Positions 28,214-38,210 are shown, counted from the stretch's first letter. The stretch is DNA of 64,000 nucleotides from Bacteroidota bacterium (GCA_021789975.1 JAJYIT010000013.1:31864-95863); one strand, 5' to 3'. Translations and numbers: made by a program. The notes: generated by a model from the letters alone, not told the origin.

Positions 28214-28242
28214 TTGACTTTACCTCAAGCGAAGTCTAACTT
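28214..28242 (+). promoter_or_regulatory. Putative promoter TTGACT-N17-TAACTT
   Basis: cTTGACTTta and TAACTT 17 nt later, 89 nt upstream of GTG 28331. The leader shares TAGAAGG(T/C)CTT and TAGGGACG with the 23.6-kb leader. Confidence 0.3.
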
Positions 28243-28330
28243 CTTTCATTCGCGGTAGAAGGTCTTCGGGATCAGGTGATCCAACCGTTAGGGACGACGG
28301 TAAGACTTACGATCAGCGTGGAGGTGTGAT

Positions 28331-30883
28331 GTGAAAATTGTAACGGCATTCTTCCTTATCGGAATCTTTTCCTCAGCGGCTACCGCACAACAACTGTTCA
28401 GTGTCTCTGCCTATGAACAGTTCCTGGCGGCCCATCAGGACATGACAAGCTCGCAACTTATGTCGCTCTATTCGGCAGGACTCTTCAAGTCGCAGTCACA
28501 AACGAACTACGCCTCGGCTGCCTACTTCGACAGCATCGATACGAAATACAGTCTCACTCCCGATGAGAAGACTCTCCTGGGTGTGCATGGCTTCATGATT
28601 ACCGAGAGACTCGACAACAGCAACTTCGGCGGTTCGTTCGGCGATGCCTTTCTTGATATCTACCATAAAGACCTGCCGGTCTTCGTCTCGACCGATGCCA
28701 TCCTTCAGTCGATCCACATGTCATACGATCAGATCCTTATGTCCGTAGAAATGCAAACCCTGATCCCCGACGTCAAGAATCTGCTCGCCCAACTTCAAGG
28801 GCAGCTTCCAGCCCTCGCATCAAAGTACGCAGCCTATCCAGCCATGAAGCCGATGCTGAACGACGTAGACGTCTATCTTTCCGTCCCGCGTATGCTTCTC
28901 GGCGCTGCAACGGGTCCCACTTTCAATGAGAACACCGGGACTGTCGATACACTTCTCAGTCTTATAGCAGCGGAACAGCCCGCAAACTATCCGCTCTTTT
29001 CTGCAACTCCGAGGGCAATTGACTTCAGCCAGTTCACTCCGCGCGGTCATTACACGGCAACGCGGGAACTGACGCAGTACTTCCAGGCTATGATGTGGCT
29101 CGGAAAGATCGAGATTTACCTTATACCGCCGGTATCGGCCGGGTTGCCGCCTCAGTCAGATGCCGACATTCAGCGCCAAACTATCGACGCCATGCTGATA
29201 AAAGAGCTGGTCGATGCGAGCAGCTCAGGACCACTCTATGTTGAGATGGACAGCATTCTCACGTTCTTTGTAGGCAAACAGGATAACGTCACTTTTCCCG
29301 AAATCGACTCGGTTGCACAGAACGCTGGAATACAAAACGCGAGCGACCTGCTGAATACACTCCGGTGGAGAGCGTTCCAGGACACACTTTCGACGAAGCC
29401 GTACGCATTTCAAAGTATTCTCTCGCAAATTCTCGGATCAGATCCTTACAGTCCGCAGAGGATCAAGACCGCTTCATCGTTCCTTCTTTTCGGGCAACGG
29501 TTTGTCGTCGACTCATATATAATGGGGAACGTCGTCTATGACAAGATCGTGGTGAACGGCGTGCCGATCAGGCGAATGCTCCCCTCGTCTCTCGATGTAC
29601 TGTTTGCGGAAGGGAATGACGCGGCCGCCCAACTTCTCAAGCCTCAATTGGATGAATACGATTACTCGACCAACCTCGCAGCACTTCGGTATCTTATCGA
29701 TTCTTACAGCCAGAACTTCTGGCAATCATCGATGTACAACCTGTGGTCGAATGCTATCCGGTCATTAAATCCGCCGGCGACTCGCGATTCACTTCCCGCA
29801 TTCATGCAGACCGCCGCATGGTGGCAGGAGAAGATGAATACCCAGCTCGCATCATGGGCTGAGCTGAGACATGACAATCTCCTCTATGCGAAGGAATCAT
29901 ACTCTGGTGCCGTGGTGACCTGTTCGTATCCCGAGAGCTACGTCGAGCCGGATCCGCAATTCTACGACGCAGTCAAGACTTATGCGGCGGTTGCCCAACA
30001 GGAATTTGAGAAGCCTTTTCTTCAGGACTATGCTGCCTCCAGTTACTTTGGATACGTCGAGGCAATTGCCGACACGCTCGGAAATATTTCGCGCGAAGAG
30101 CTTTCGGGTACTCCGCTTAGCCAATCTGAGAGAACCTTTCTGGAAAACATGATGTACACGGTCCACAGCGGTGAATGCGGATCTTTGCCGTATGATGGGT
30201 GGTACCCGAAATTGTTTTATCAGGAGACCTCGGTCGTAACCAGGAATTTTGTGGTGGCAGATGTTCACACCGCGCCGACAGATTCGCTGGGTCATCCGGT
30301 TGGATGGGTGTTCCATGTCGGCACGGGCCCGATAAACCTCGCGGTCGTGATTGCAACTCCGCCCGGTGGTGTGCCAACTGCTTTCGTCGGACCGGTCATG
30401 AGTTACTACGAGCATCTCAGCACGAATTTTCAGCGGCTGACGGATCAGGAATGGCAGAGCATGTACAATGTCTATCCTTCTCTCAGGCCATCATGGGTCA
30501 ACGTCTACCTTGCCGATACCACGGGCACTGCTTTGCCTTCGGGAGCGTCATTGCTGACGGGCATTAATGATAGTCATACCGGGAAGACGTTTCCTGCGAC
30601 GCTGACATTGGATCAGAATTTCCCAAATCCTTTCAATCCCTCTACGATCATTGCGTTCACTATACCGGCTTCTTTGGCTGACACGCATGTTGAGGTCACT
30701 GTCTATAATGACCTGGGACAGGCTGTGAAGACTCTTCTGTCGGAGCAACTTCAGGCGGGTAATTACACGGTGCGCTGGGACGGAACAAATGAAGCTGGTG
30801 CCGCTGCGGCAAGCGGAGTGTATTTCTATCGGCTCCAGGCTGGAGCACTGACTTTTACGAGGAAAATGCTGTTGCTCAGGTGA
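28331..30883 (+). CDS. Large secreted protein, DUF3160-like, with T9SS C-terminal sorting domain
   Basis: GTG start after GGAGGTG, with a signal peptide. FTPRGHYTATRELTQYFQAMMWLG resembles DUF3160 (from memory). C-terminus DQNFPNPFNPSTIIAF...[16 protein letters not shown]. Confidence 0.7.
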   Translation: MKIVTAFFLIGIFSSAATAQQLFSVSAYEQFLAAHQDMTSSQLMSLYSAGLFKSQSQTNYASAAYFDSIDTKYSLTPDEKTLLGVHGFMITERLDNSNFGGSFGDAFLDIYHKDLPVFVSTDAILQSIHMSYDQILMSVEMQTLIPDVKNLLAQLQGQLPALASKYAAYPAMKPMLNDVDVYLSVPRMLLGAATGPTFNENTGTVDTLLSLIAAEQPANYPLFSATPRAIDFSQFTPRGHYTATRELTQYFQAMMWLGKIEIYLIPPVSAGLPPQSDADIQRQTIDAMLIKELVDASSSGPLYVEMDSILTFFVGKQDNVTFPEIDSVAQNAGIQNASDLLNTLRWRAFQDTLSTKPYAFQSILSQILGSDPYSPQRIKTASSFLLFGQRFVVDSYIMGNVVYDKIVVNGVPIRRMLPSSLDVLFAEGNDAAAQLLKPQLDEYDYSTNLAALRYLIDSYSQNFWQSSMYNLWSNAIRSLNPPATRDSLPAFMQTAAWWQEKMNTQLASWAELRHDNLLYAKESYSGAVVTCSYPESYVEPDPQFYDAVKTYAAVAQQEFEKPFLQDYAASSYFGYVEAIADTLGNISREELSGTPLSQSERTFLENMMYTVHSGECGSLPYDGWYPKLFYQETSVVTRNFVVADVHTAPTDSLGHPVGWVFHVGTGPINLAVVIATPPGGVPTAFVGPVMSYYEHLSTNFQRLTDQEWQSMYNVYPSLRPSWVNVYLADTTGTALPSGASLLTGINDSHTGKTFPATLTLDQNFPNPFNPSTIIAFTIPASLADTHVEVTVYNDLGQAVKTLLSEQLQAGNYTVRWDGTNEAGAAAASGVYFYRLQAGALTFTRKMLLLR

Positions 30884-30946
30884 AAATGAAAAGTTGAGAA
30901 ATCCTCGGTACAATCCTTTCGTGAAACTAATTCAACGAGGGATGCG

Positions 30947-32473
30947 ATGAGAACCTTGATTACGATCCTTCTTCTTGCATCGGCTGCCACTGTTCACGCA
31001 CAGGGTGCCTGGGGCAAAATCGATACTGTAACGACCGGTAATTTTGAGGACCTCAATCCACAGCTCGACCATGGAGGATTAGGTGCCCCACGTCCCACAA
31101 CTCCTTTTTATTGGCTTGTCTTCGAAAGATGGAACGGCCCCCAGGGCATGATATGCGCAAAGAAAGTGGAACCGTCGGCCACTGCCATATCACAGGTGCA
31201 ATTCGACTCGACAGTCGAGATTTCACCGCCGACGATAAATCTCCTCCAGGAACATCCGGACATTTGTACCGAGTTTGCCAAGGACACATTCACAGTCGCT
31301 GCGTGGGAGGAGGATGACTCCCGTTCCGCAACTCCTTTCCTTACCTGGAATATTTATTACAGCTATGCTTCAGGGAATGAGACTCAATGGTCAACTCCGC
31401 AGATGCTGATCGGTGCAGGAGGTAGTCCCATTCTCCAGGATGTAATAGTGCGGCCACTTTCCGACTCAACTTTCATCCTCATTTGGAGAAGCGCCGGCGT
31501 CCTTATGTTTTCCACTTTCTCTAACGGGCAAATGTCAAGTCCCGACACCCTTGTTGTCACAAACTACGACAGCACTGAGTTCGATTGCGAGTCTCCATAT
31601 TCCCATCAGCCGACTCTGGCATGGACCGGCAAAGATCCAAGTGGTAGGATCGTTTGTTTCGTGGCACAGGTGACGAGTCTTAGTCCCGTCGTGCTATCTC
31701 AAATGGACACGATCAGCTCCGACGGCAACATCTCAGATCCACGGTTTATTACTTCCGAAGTGAAAGCAATGACATTCAACGTCGAGGATGGAGGAAGATT
31801 CAAGAGTGTATTGGCTTCGTCCGCAAGTTGGTATCAAGAGGATCTTGCCTCCGATTCGCTTTCGGACAATTTGAATGGAACGGGTATTTCGGTCCCGATC
31901 GCAATCGATCAGTCTAAACGACGTCCAAACATGACGGTAAGTTCTCAACCGTTTGGGTGGTTCACGTGGGAGCGGCGGTCCGCAACCGATACTTCATTGG
32001 TGTTTGCGGAATCGTTAGGTCCAAATACTGACACTGTCAGATCGGCCGGCTACAACCGCAATCCTTCGGTCAGCACTTATCTTTTGCAGCAGGGCTTTTA
32101 CCAGGTATTTACATGTGTATGGGAAAGTGACAGGACCGGCGAGTCTCATATTTATGCGAGAGTCGGAGCCGTTGGTGGAGACGCAATAAATGAGCCGGTA
32201 GACCAGGCGCGGGATTTCGTTCTCCAGCAGAACTACCCAAATCCGTTCAACCCGACAACGGCTATCAGCTATGAGCTATCAGATAATGGGTTTGTCACTT
32301 TGAAAGTTTACGATGTGCTTGGAAGGCTGGTCAGAACACTGGTTGATAAGATGGAACAGCCGGGAAGTTACGCGGTTACTTTCAACGCCAGCGGCCTGGC
32401 GAGCGGAATGTATTTTTACAGATTGCAGGCCGGAAGCTACAGTCAGACACACAAGATGATACTTTTGAAATGA
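30947..32473 (+). CDS. Hypothetical secreted protein with T9SS C-terminal sorting domain
   Basis: Signal peptide [19 protein letters not shown]. The cargo region was not recognised. [19 protein letters not shown]...[11 protein letters not shown]. Confidence 0.75.
   Translation: MRTLITILLLASAATVHAQGAWGKIDTVTTGNFEDLNPQLDHGGLGAPRPTTPFYWLVFERWNGPQGMICAKKVEPSATAISQVQFDSTVEISPPTINLLQEHPDICTEFAKDTFTVAAWEEDDSRSATPFLTWNIYYSYASGNETQWSTPQMLIGAGGSPILQDVIVRPLSDSTFILIWRSAGVLMFSTFSNGQMSSPDTLVVTNYDSTEFDCESPYSHQPTLAWTGKDPSGRIVCFVAQVTSLSPVVLSQMDTISSDGNISDPRFITSEVKAMTFNVEDGGRFKSVLASSASWYQEDLASDSLSDNLNGTGISVPIAIDQSKRRPNMTVSSQPFGWFTWERRSATDTSLVFAESLGPNTDTVRSAGYNRNPSVSTYLLQQGFYQVFTCVWESDRTGESHIYARVGAVGGDAINEPVDQARDFVLQQNYPNPFNPTTAISYELSDNGFVTLKVYDVLGRLVRTLVDKMEQPGSYAVTFNASGLASGMYFYRLQAGSYSQTHKMILLK
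32228..32473 (+). repeat. CTD-coding module copy
   Basis: gtcactttgaaagtttacgatgtgcttggaaggctggtcagaacactggttgataagatggaacagcc is nearly identical to the 28.0-kb copy. Confidence 0.75.
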
Positions 32474-32575
32474 AATTCTAACGCTTCTCCATGCTTTACG
32501 CGGAGAGCCATTTCAGAAAACCCGGAACCGTTACTCCAAAGAAAGCCGTCAACTTGAGATCATTTGAATCCGGTC

Positions 32576-32605
32576 TTGACTTCTTATCAGATTACCGGCT
32601 ACGTT
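32576..32605 (+). promoter_or_regulatory. Putative promoter TTGACT-N18-TACGTT
   Basis: cTTGACTTct and TACGTT. This position argues for ATG 32636 rather than TTG 32564 as the start of the downstream gene. Confidence 0.3.
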
Positions 32606-32635
32606 AACCGAAAGAATAGGATTGAGGGATGCAGC

Positions 32636-33943
32636 ATGACTTCAACCAATAGCGGATCGGATTACCTGTCAGTTAACCAAAAAGGTTTGTCGATAATCTT
32701 CGGCGTGCTCGTGATCGCCTTTGGGCTGCGCCCTTGTAAGAGTGAGGCCCAGTGGATTAGAGCCACCTTACCGGATAGCGGCGCGGTGGCTACCAGGCTA
32801 ACCGTCCTGGGGAACAAGCTCTTTGTCGGTACTGAAAACGACGGATTGTTTTATACTACAGACGACGGTTCCACATGGGAATCGCCTGACAGCACCTTTC
32901 TCGATTCAGGGCGAGTTTGGTTTCTCAGCGTAGTTGGAACGCAACTGTTCACGCAGGTGGGCAACTTAGCCAATTTTATTTCTTCTTCCGACAGCGGCCG
33001 ATCCTGGCAAATTCGGTACATACCATTCGCGGATGATTGGTTCGGCTTAGTGCAGCACGGCACTCAGTGGTTCACCGTGGTTTCAAATTCGATCATCGTG
33101 TTGAACGACAGCGGCAAATCATGGAAGACGTACAGTTCGTATTTCTATAGCAAGCAACTGAATGTGCTCTCACTTGCGTTTAATGATTCGGAGACTTTTG
33201 TGGGTACCTCGAATGGAATCTATGTATCTGCGGATAGCGGGCAAACCTGGCAATTATCGAATTACAATTACCCAATTTACAATGTGGTATCGATTTCTGT
33301 GGTTGGCTCAACCATTCTTGCATCGACCCAATATAGCGGTGTTTATCGGGCAGACTTGTATCCTCAGTCGAGGACTCGGAACCCATGGGCGAAGTCGGAC
33401 TCCGGAATCACTAATCCATATGTAGTAAACATTATCGAAGCTGGTAATGGGCTTGCCCTTCTTACTTACAATGAGTACCCGTTTTCCAGCGATGTTTTCT
33501 TCTCCACAGATGCGGGTATTTCGTGGGAAGACATAAGCTTTGCACTTGTCGACACCGGAGTCTCTTGCATTGCGGCTTCGGATTCGGATCTCTATGTCGG
33601 CACGTATGGTGGTACAGTTTACCGGCGACCTCTATCCGGCCTGCTCACCGCGGTGAAGCCGATCCCCCAGGTCAGACGGTCTACTTTTTCCCTTTTCCAG
33701 AACTACCCAAACCCATTCAACCCAACTACGGCTATCGGCTATCAGCTATCAGCCATCAGCTATGTTACTCTGAAAGTTTACGATGTACTTGGAAGGCTGG
33801 TGAGAACTCTGGTTAATAAGGTGGAACAGCCCGGAAGTTATTCGATTACCTTTAACGCAAGCGGTCTGGCGAGCGGAGTGTATTTCTACAGAATTGACGC
33901 GGGTGACTATAGTCAAACTCACAAACTCATGGTTTTGAAATGA
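32636..33943 (+). CDS. Beta-propeller-like repeat protein (degenerate Asp-box units) with T9SS C-terminal sorting domain
   Basis: TTDDGSTWES, SSDSGRSWQ, LNDSGKSWKT, SADSGQTWQL and STDAGISWED motifs. [19 protein letters not shown]...SGVYFYRIDAG. Confidence 0.75.
   Translation: MTSTNSGSDYLSVNQKGLSIIFGVLVIAFGLRPCKSEAQWIRATLPDSGAVATRLTVLGNKLFVGTENDGLFYTTDDGSTWESPDSTFLDSGRVWFLSVVGTQLFTQVGNLANFISSSDSGRSWQIRYIPFADDWFGLVQHGTQWFTVVSNSIIVLNDSGKSWKTYSSYFYSKQLNVLSLAFNDSETFVGTSNGIYVSADSGQTWQLSNYNYPIYNVVSISVVGSTILASTQYSGVYRADLYPQSRTRNPWAKSDSGITNPYVVNIIEAGNGLALLTYNEYPFSSDVFFSTDAGISWEDISFALVDTGVSCIAASDSDLYVGTYGGTVYRRPLSGLLTAVKPIPQVRRSTFSLFQNYPNPFNPTTAIGYQLSAISYVTLKVYDVLGRLVRTLVNKVEQPGSYSITFNASGLASGVYFYRIDAGDYSQTHKLMVLK
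33698..33943 (+). repeat. CTD-coding module copy
   Basis: Shares ggcgagcggagtgtatttctacag and ctgaaagtttacgatgt with the other copies. Confidence 0.7.
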
Positions 33944-33968
33944 GCTGAAGAGCACCTTTCCTTATTCT

Positions 33969-34874
33969 TTACTTGTTCCGTGCGTCAACGGCGGCTTCAA
34001 TTTCCGTCGATGATGGAACAGTGGGGGGAATCCAGCCGGGTCGAACATAAGACGCCAGTTTGACGTCTATGCTCCCGACAAGGATCTTCATTTTGAAAAT
34101 CAACGGGACGGCTGCTGAATGGGCGCTGACCCATCCGGTGACCGTCGCATGCGCCCCGTCGGCGTACTTGTCCGACCAGTTTCCCATCGACTCGAAGCGG
34201 TGTGCCAGGATCCGTCCTTTGAACGCAGGTACCCTGATCGCTTCTGTCCCCCGAGGGAATTTCAGCTCGATTGACTTGAGCTTGTAGTCCACGACCACCG
34301 GAACTTTTACTTCCAGTCCAGATCCTGAAAGCTCCCGGATCAGCATGAAGAGTCCCAACGCATCATAGACCGGCGACTTCTCATCAAGAGTTTTAGTTAC
34401 ACTGTCTTCTTCCTGATCGCAACCCTTCATCAACAGGGAAGTAGAGCCGGAGTCATGAGAGTAAGTAGCCCAACTTTTCGACCTGTTGTCGACAAAATGG
34501 AACCAAAGGTTCGAGGGATGGTCCGATCTTAAGAGTGCCGAATCTTCAAAATCGACATGTACAAACGGAAGCCATGGAGCAGATTGCGTCTGGGCGGAAA
34601 GACAGAACATATCATCGCCTGCGTCTTGCAGCAGTCCCTGACTCACCTCGGCCGATCCGAGGTTGAAAAACCCCCATTTCACTTTGTATTTCAGTTTCTC
34701 GCCATTCATGAACGGCTTCACGTCAACAGGTGAAATAGCTTCGTATGTTTGTGCATTGACAGGTTCGGATCGGTCCATCATCAGAAAAAATAGAACTGCA
34801 AAGCACCCCACTATCTGGGGAATGCTTCGCATTCTCGACCGCCATCGCAGGTAGTGCGAGTTACGCGGTTTCAT
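33969..34874 (-). CDS. DUF3108-like secreted protein
   Basis: Signal/anchor segment, then GEKLKYKVKWGFFNLGSAEV, which resembles the DUF3108 N-terminal pattern (from memory). Confidence 0.55.
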   Translation of the reverse strand: MKPRNSHYLRWRSRMRSIPQIVGCFAVLFFLMMDRSEPVNAQTYEAISPVDVKPFMNGEKLKYKVKWGFFNLGSAEVSQGLLQDAGDDMFCLSAQTQSAPWLPFVHVDFEDSALLRSDHPSNLWFHFVDNRSKSWATYSHDSGSTSLLMKGCDQEEDSVTKTLDEKSPVYDALGLFMLIRELSGSGLEVKVPVVVDYKLKSIELKFPRGTEAIRVPAFKGRILAHRFESMGNWSDKYADGAHATVTGWVSAHSAAVPLIFKMKILVGSIDVKLASYVRPGWIPPTVPSSTEIEAAVDARNK

Positions 34875-35290
34875 CTATCCGATTTGACTTCATACGTAAA
34901 TGTAAACAGCTACTGCGAACGATTCGTTTCATTAATGTGAAGAAAGAGTTAAAGAGAGTGATCTGGAGGAGAGGATGGTGGAACACGTTTCGAATCTAGA
35001 CTCGATACAGTCAAAAGCATATGAAATTCTGCCTCTACGTGTCCATCATGGACAAGCACAATTCCGTTGGAAGGTTCTCGCACACAATATCGTTCAACCG
35101 GAAATCTTTCTCATGGCAGGATCGTCCTTGTCAAGAAACCACTATCTGTTCGTATCATTTCCTATAACCTGTGTCTTTTTCCGGGAATTCCTTCCATTGT
35201 TCTTGACCGGCGAGTGTATTTCTTGGGGATAGATTGAACTTTCCAGTGCCAGTGATTGTCTAAGTAATTAACGACTAAGGAGGTATTAGA

Positions 35291-35713
35291 ATGAAATCCG
35301 TAATGTCGGCTATTACACTGCTACTGTTAAGCGCGTTCGGGCTATCGAGTTGTTACTCGGTCTCAGAAAGTGCTTCCCCCCCACCAAATAATCCCCCTCC
35401 TCAAATTTATTACCCTCCTTATGTGCCGCCGTCGGCGCCGAATGAGGGGTATTACGGCTATGGCTATCGCAATCAAGTTCCGGGATACATGCCTGCTCCT
35501 CAGCCTTATGTTCAGCCATCTGCTACATATGTGCCTATGTACAATCAGCCGCCTGCTGTCAGGCCGGCCGTACCAGGTTACGTCGCCCCCCCTCCGCCTC
35601 AGCCGCAGGTCTATGGATCACCAGCACAGCCGGCGCGGCCTCGCGAACAATCGCCAGGCCCGGTTCCCACACCTCCTCCTCAGCAAGCGCCGGCTCCCAG
35701 GATAAGGCGATAG
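35291..35713 (+). CDS. Proline-rich lipoprotein
   Basis: AAGGAGG RBS. Lipobox LLSAFGLSSC. The remainder is low-complexity P/Q/Y/V-rich sequence (PPPNNPPPQIYYPPYVPP...). Confidence 0.6.
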   Translation: MKSVMSAITLLLLSAFGLSSCYSVSESASPPPNNPPPQIYYPPYVPPSAPNEGYYGYGYRNQVPGYMPAPQPYVQPSATYVPMYNQPPAVRPAVPGYVAPPPPQPQVYGSPAQPARPREQSPGPVPTPPPQQAPAPRIRR

Positions 35714-35877
35714 TGTGAGTTGTATTTCGGATAAATATCACATAACTGGTCCGTCACAGCTCCCGGATCATCGTTACTCCGGAATGATCCTCTTCGTAAT
35801 CTCGGTGGACAGCAGCCACAGGAAGACCTGGAGAGTGTGACTCAGATAACCATCATCGTTAACAACGACAGGACTTT

Positions 35878-36972
35878 ATGATAACAAAACAGCATGGGAC
35901 ACTCAAAGCAAAGAGTATTTCTCTTTTATTCTTATTGTCTCTTTTCTCGACAACTGCAACGACTTATGGACAGAATGCAAGCAATCTTTTTGACTTCTCC
36001 GAAGACGTCAGAGTCTTCACCGCGTATGCCATGATGAATGCGGCCGGAAATGGCGGCGAATGGCGCAGGGCAGGAATGGATGCCATTAGGAGCCAGTTGC
36101 GCTCCGACCTCGCAGGTCGTGTCGATTCTTCCTTTGAAGCGAAGCTAAGAGCTTTCAACCAGAGCCACGGAAGAATTTTGGAAACTTATGAGGCTGCTCT
36201 CTTGACTTCCGGGCCGCCTGATTTTCACTGGAGCTACGATCGAAAGACCACAGGGGAAATTGGGGAGGATGTTTCGTCGGATTCCGCGTTGACGGCTCTT
36301 CTGGCGGAGTTTTATAATAAAGCGAACGTGGCACAGCTCTGGGACGAGTACCAACCGCTAATCCAGGCTGAGAACGATAAGTACAAACCGTTTGCCGATA
36401 AGGCAATGGAAGAAGTCCTTTCGTATTGTCGCCTCGACAGCAATTACTTCTATTCTGATAGCAGACTGATCCATTTTGAGTACATGCCGATTCTCCCATA
36501 TTTCACTTCTATGACTGCATGGATAAACGGCCAGGTCTACTTCATCGTGGGGCCGCAGGAACAAAAGCCCGACCAATCGATTTTTTATTATCTTCTTTTG
36601 AACCGCGTGACTTTTCCGCTTGTCAAGAAAAATTCCCGGGATGTGCAGCGGCTTGCCGGGCTGTTTAACGCCGTGAAGTCAAAGCTCGATATGAAAGACG
36701 GCAACTGGAATAGACTTGTCGCGGAATGCTTCTCCGAGGCGATGGATATGAGACTTCAGAAGAGACTCTATGACCTGAGCGACTCCACGGTTCAAGCGTC
36801 TCTCATGACCGAGTACAAATATGGTTTTATACTATGTCCGACAATCTACAGTGACCTGGCTAAGTACGAGAGCTCAGGAGTGAGTTTCACCGAATACTTC
36901 ACGAAGATTCTGAAGTCCGTAGATTACCACCACGAGATTGAAAAGTGGAATAATTTCTGGGGAAAAGAGTGA
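35878..36972 (+). CDS. Hypothetical secreted protein
   Basis: 364 aa with a signal-like N-terminus (SISLLFLLSLFSTTATTYGQ). No recognised family. Confidence 0.65.
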   Translation: MITKQHGTLKAKSISLLFLLSLFSTTATTYGQNASNLFDFSEDVRVFTAYAMMNAAGNGGEWRRAGMDAIRSQLRSDLAGRVDSSFEAKLRAFNQSHGRILETYEAALLTSGPPDFHWSYDRKTTGEIGEDVSSDSALTALLAEFYNKANVAQLWDEYQPLIQAENDKYKPFADKAMEEVLSYCRLDSNYFYSDSRLIHFEYMPILPYFTSMTAWINGQVYFIVGPQEQKPDQSIFYYLLLNRVTFPLVKKNSRDVQRLAGLFNAVKSKLDMKDGNWNRLVAECFSEAMDMRLQKRLYDLSDSTVQASLMTEYKYGFILCPTIYSDLAKYESSGVSFTEYFTKILKSVDYHHEIEKWNNFWGKE

Positions 36973-37313
36973 AGAGGTGTCGCGTGAGATTCTTGTGGTC
37001 TGCGAAGTATATATAGCTTGAGAAGTTCGCGCCCAATTTTAAATGGTCATAACGGAGATGAGTTTTAGTACGACTTAGAAACCCAATGCCTTTGGCAGTG
37101 GTGATGTAAGGATGGCTTTGCCGGCGACTCGCTCGGAGAGTCAAAGTTATAGCGAGCCATCCATTGAAATGGACGGCTGTCCAGATCAAGAATCCGCCGA
37201 CGGCGGATTACCGCTTTTCGCGTGGCGTCCGTCTTCGATGGATGCCTCTCAGAAGCCACCGGCTTCGCCGGTTGTTGTTCACATAACCGATCATGTATTG
37301 TGAGATTCTTTGT

Positions 37314-37568
37314 CTATTTGTGCCTTATCTTCATTCCCAAAATGGAGAGTGTAAGACCCAATGTTGCGGCATTCGCTAGAATTATCGGGAGGGACCGCAG
37401 CCGAATTCCATAAACCAGCCAAAGAAGCACACCGGAGCACATCATCAGGTACATTCTGGAGCTGATGTCCTTCGTGGAATGTGTCCTCCAGACTTTTGCG
37501 AACTGTGGAATATATGCTGCGGTCGTAAGAATTGCCGCCAGAAATCCGGTTGCTTCCGTAAGTTTCAT
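37314..37568 (-). CDS. SemiSWEET (PQ-loop, 3-TM) sugar transporter
   Basis: 84 aa with three hydrophobic helices and the PQ motif in AAYIPQFAKVWRTHSTKDIS. Confidence 0.8.
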   Translation of the reverse strand: MKLTEATGFLAAILTTAAYIPQFAKVWRTHSTKDISSRMYLMMCSGVLLWLVYGIRLRSLPIILANAATLGLTLSILGMKIRHK

Positions 37569-37592
37569 TCAGCGCTTTTCTAATCTATCTTT

Positions 37593-38210
37593 CTATTTCC
37601 CTTTTCCCTTCATCTTTTCCGCCACCATCTTCGCGCTGTAGTCGTTGAGTTTCTCAAGCTCTGTGATTATGCTCGCATAATCCTTATCGCTTCGGTTCTG
37701 GCTCATCTTATATGCTGCTTCGACTCTTTCGATCTCGATCTCGAATCCGACAATTCCGCCGATCTGCTTATCGATTTCGCCGCGCAGGACTTCATCCGTC
37801 AGTGGATGCGAAGAGATTTGATCGTGGTGAAGTGTCGTTTCCTCCAGCGATTTCCTGAGTCTTTCGCCTTCGACAATTTGCAGGCGCCCATAGATGTGCA
37901 CACTCATATAGTTCCAGGTTGGCACGTTGGGATGGCCGTACCATGACGATGAAACATAGTGCTGGATAGGTGACAGGAAAATAACAAGTACATCCGGCTG
38001 CGACTCGAAGAGTCCGCACTGGGGATTACCTCTTGCAACATGCCCGGTCAATACCGATTTGTCTCCTTTGTTTGTCTCAAGTTGGAACGGGACGTGAGTT
38101 GCCACAGGCGCCTGGTCGCCGCGGCTCACGAGTGTGCCGAGCGGGTTGGTACGGATAAACCGGGAAATTTCCGTCCAGTCAGTTATCTCGAAAAGTTTCG
38201 GAACGTACAT
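37593..38210 (-). CDS. FMN-binding negative transcriptional regulator, PaiB family
   Basis: MYVPKLFEITDWTEISRFIRTNPLGTLVS and HVARGNPQ are typical of PaiB-like proteins. 205 aa. Confidence 0.8.
   Translation of the reverse strand: MYVPKLFEITDWTEISRFIRTNPLGTLVSRGDQAPVATHVPFQLETNKGDKSVLTGHVARGNPQCGLFESQPDVLVIFLSPIQHYVSSSWYGHPNVPTWNYMSVHIYGRLQIVEGERLRKSLEETTLHHDQISSHPLTDEVLRGEIDKQIGGIVGFEIEIERVEAAYKMSQNRSDKDYASIITELEKLNDYSAKMVAEKMKGKGK

Noticed and set aside
34975-35232. Small intergenic ORFs: 34975-35232, 37112-37303, 38308-38631, 38432-38746, 48130-48372, 49705-49980, 63656-63841.
   Set aside because: They have no RBS or promoter context, odd amino-acid composition (Cys/Arg/Trp-rich) and no recognisable motifs, and several overlap each other in different frames. 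I judged them non-coding.
37191-37220. Hairpin AATCCGCC-GAC-GGCGGATT plus CCGCTTTTC in the convergent gap 36973-37313. It shares GGCGGATTAC and CCGCTTTTC with the 38731 hairpin, so I considered it a small repeated element.
   Set aside because: Only two copies with about 10-nt shared cores, and other AATCCGCC hits lie inside CDSs at chance frequency. It may simply be a terminator for the 35878-36972 gene, and the evidence is insufficient for a repeat family.
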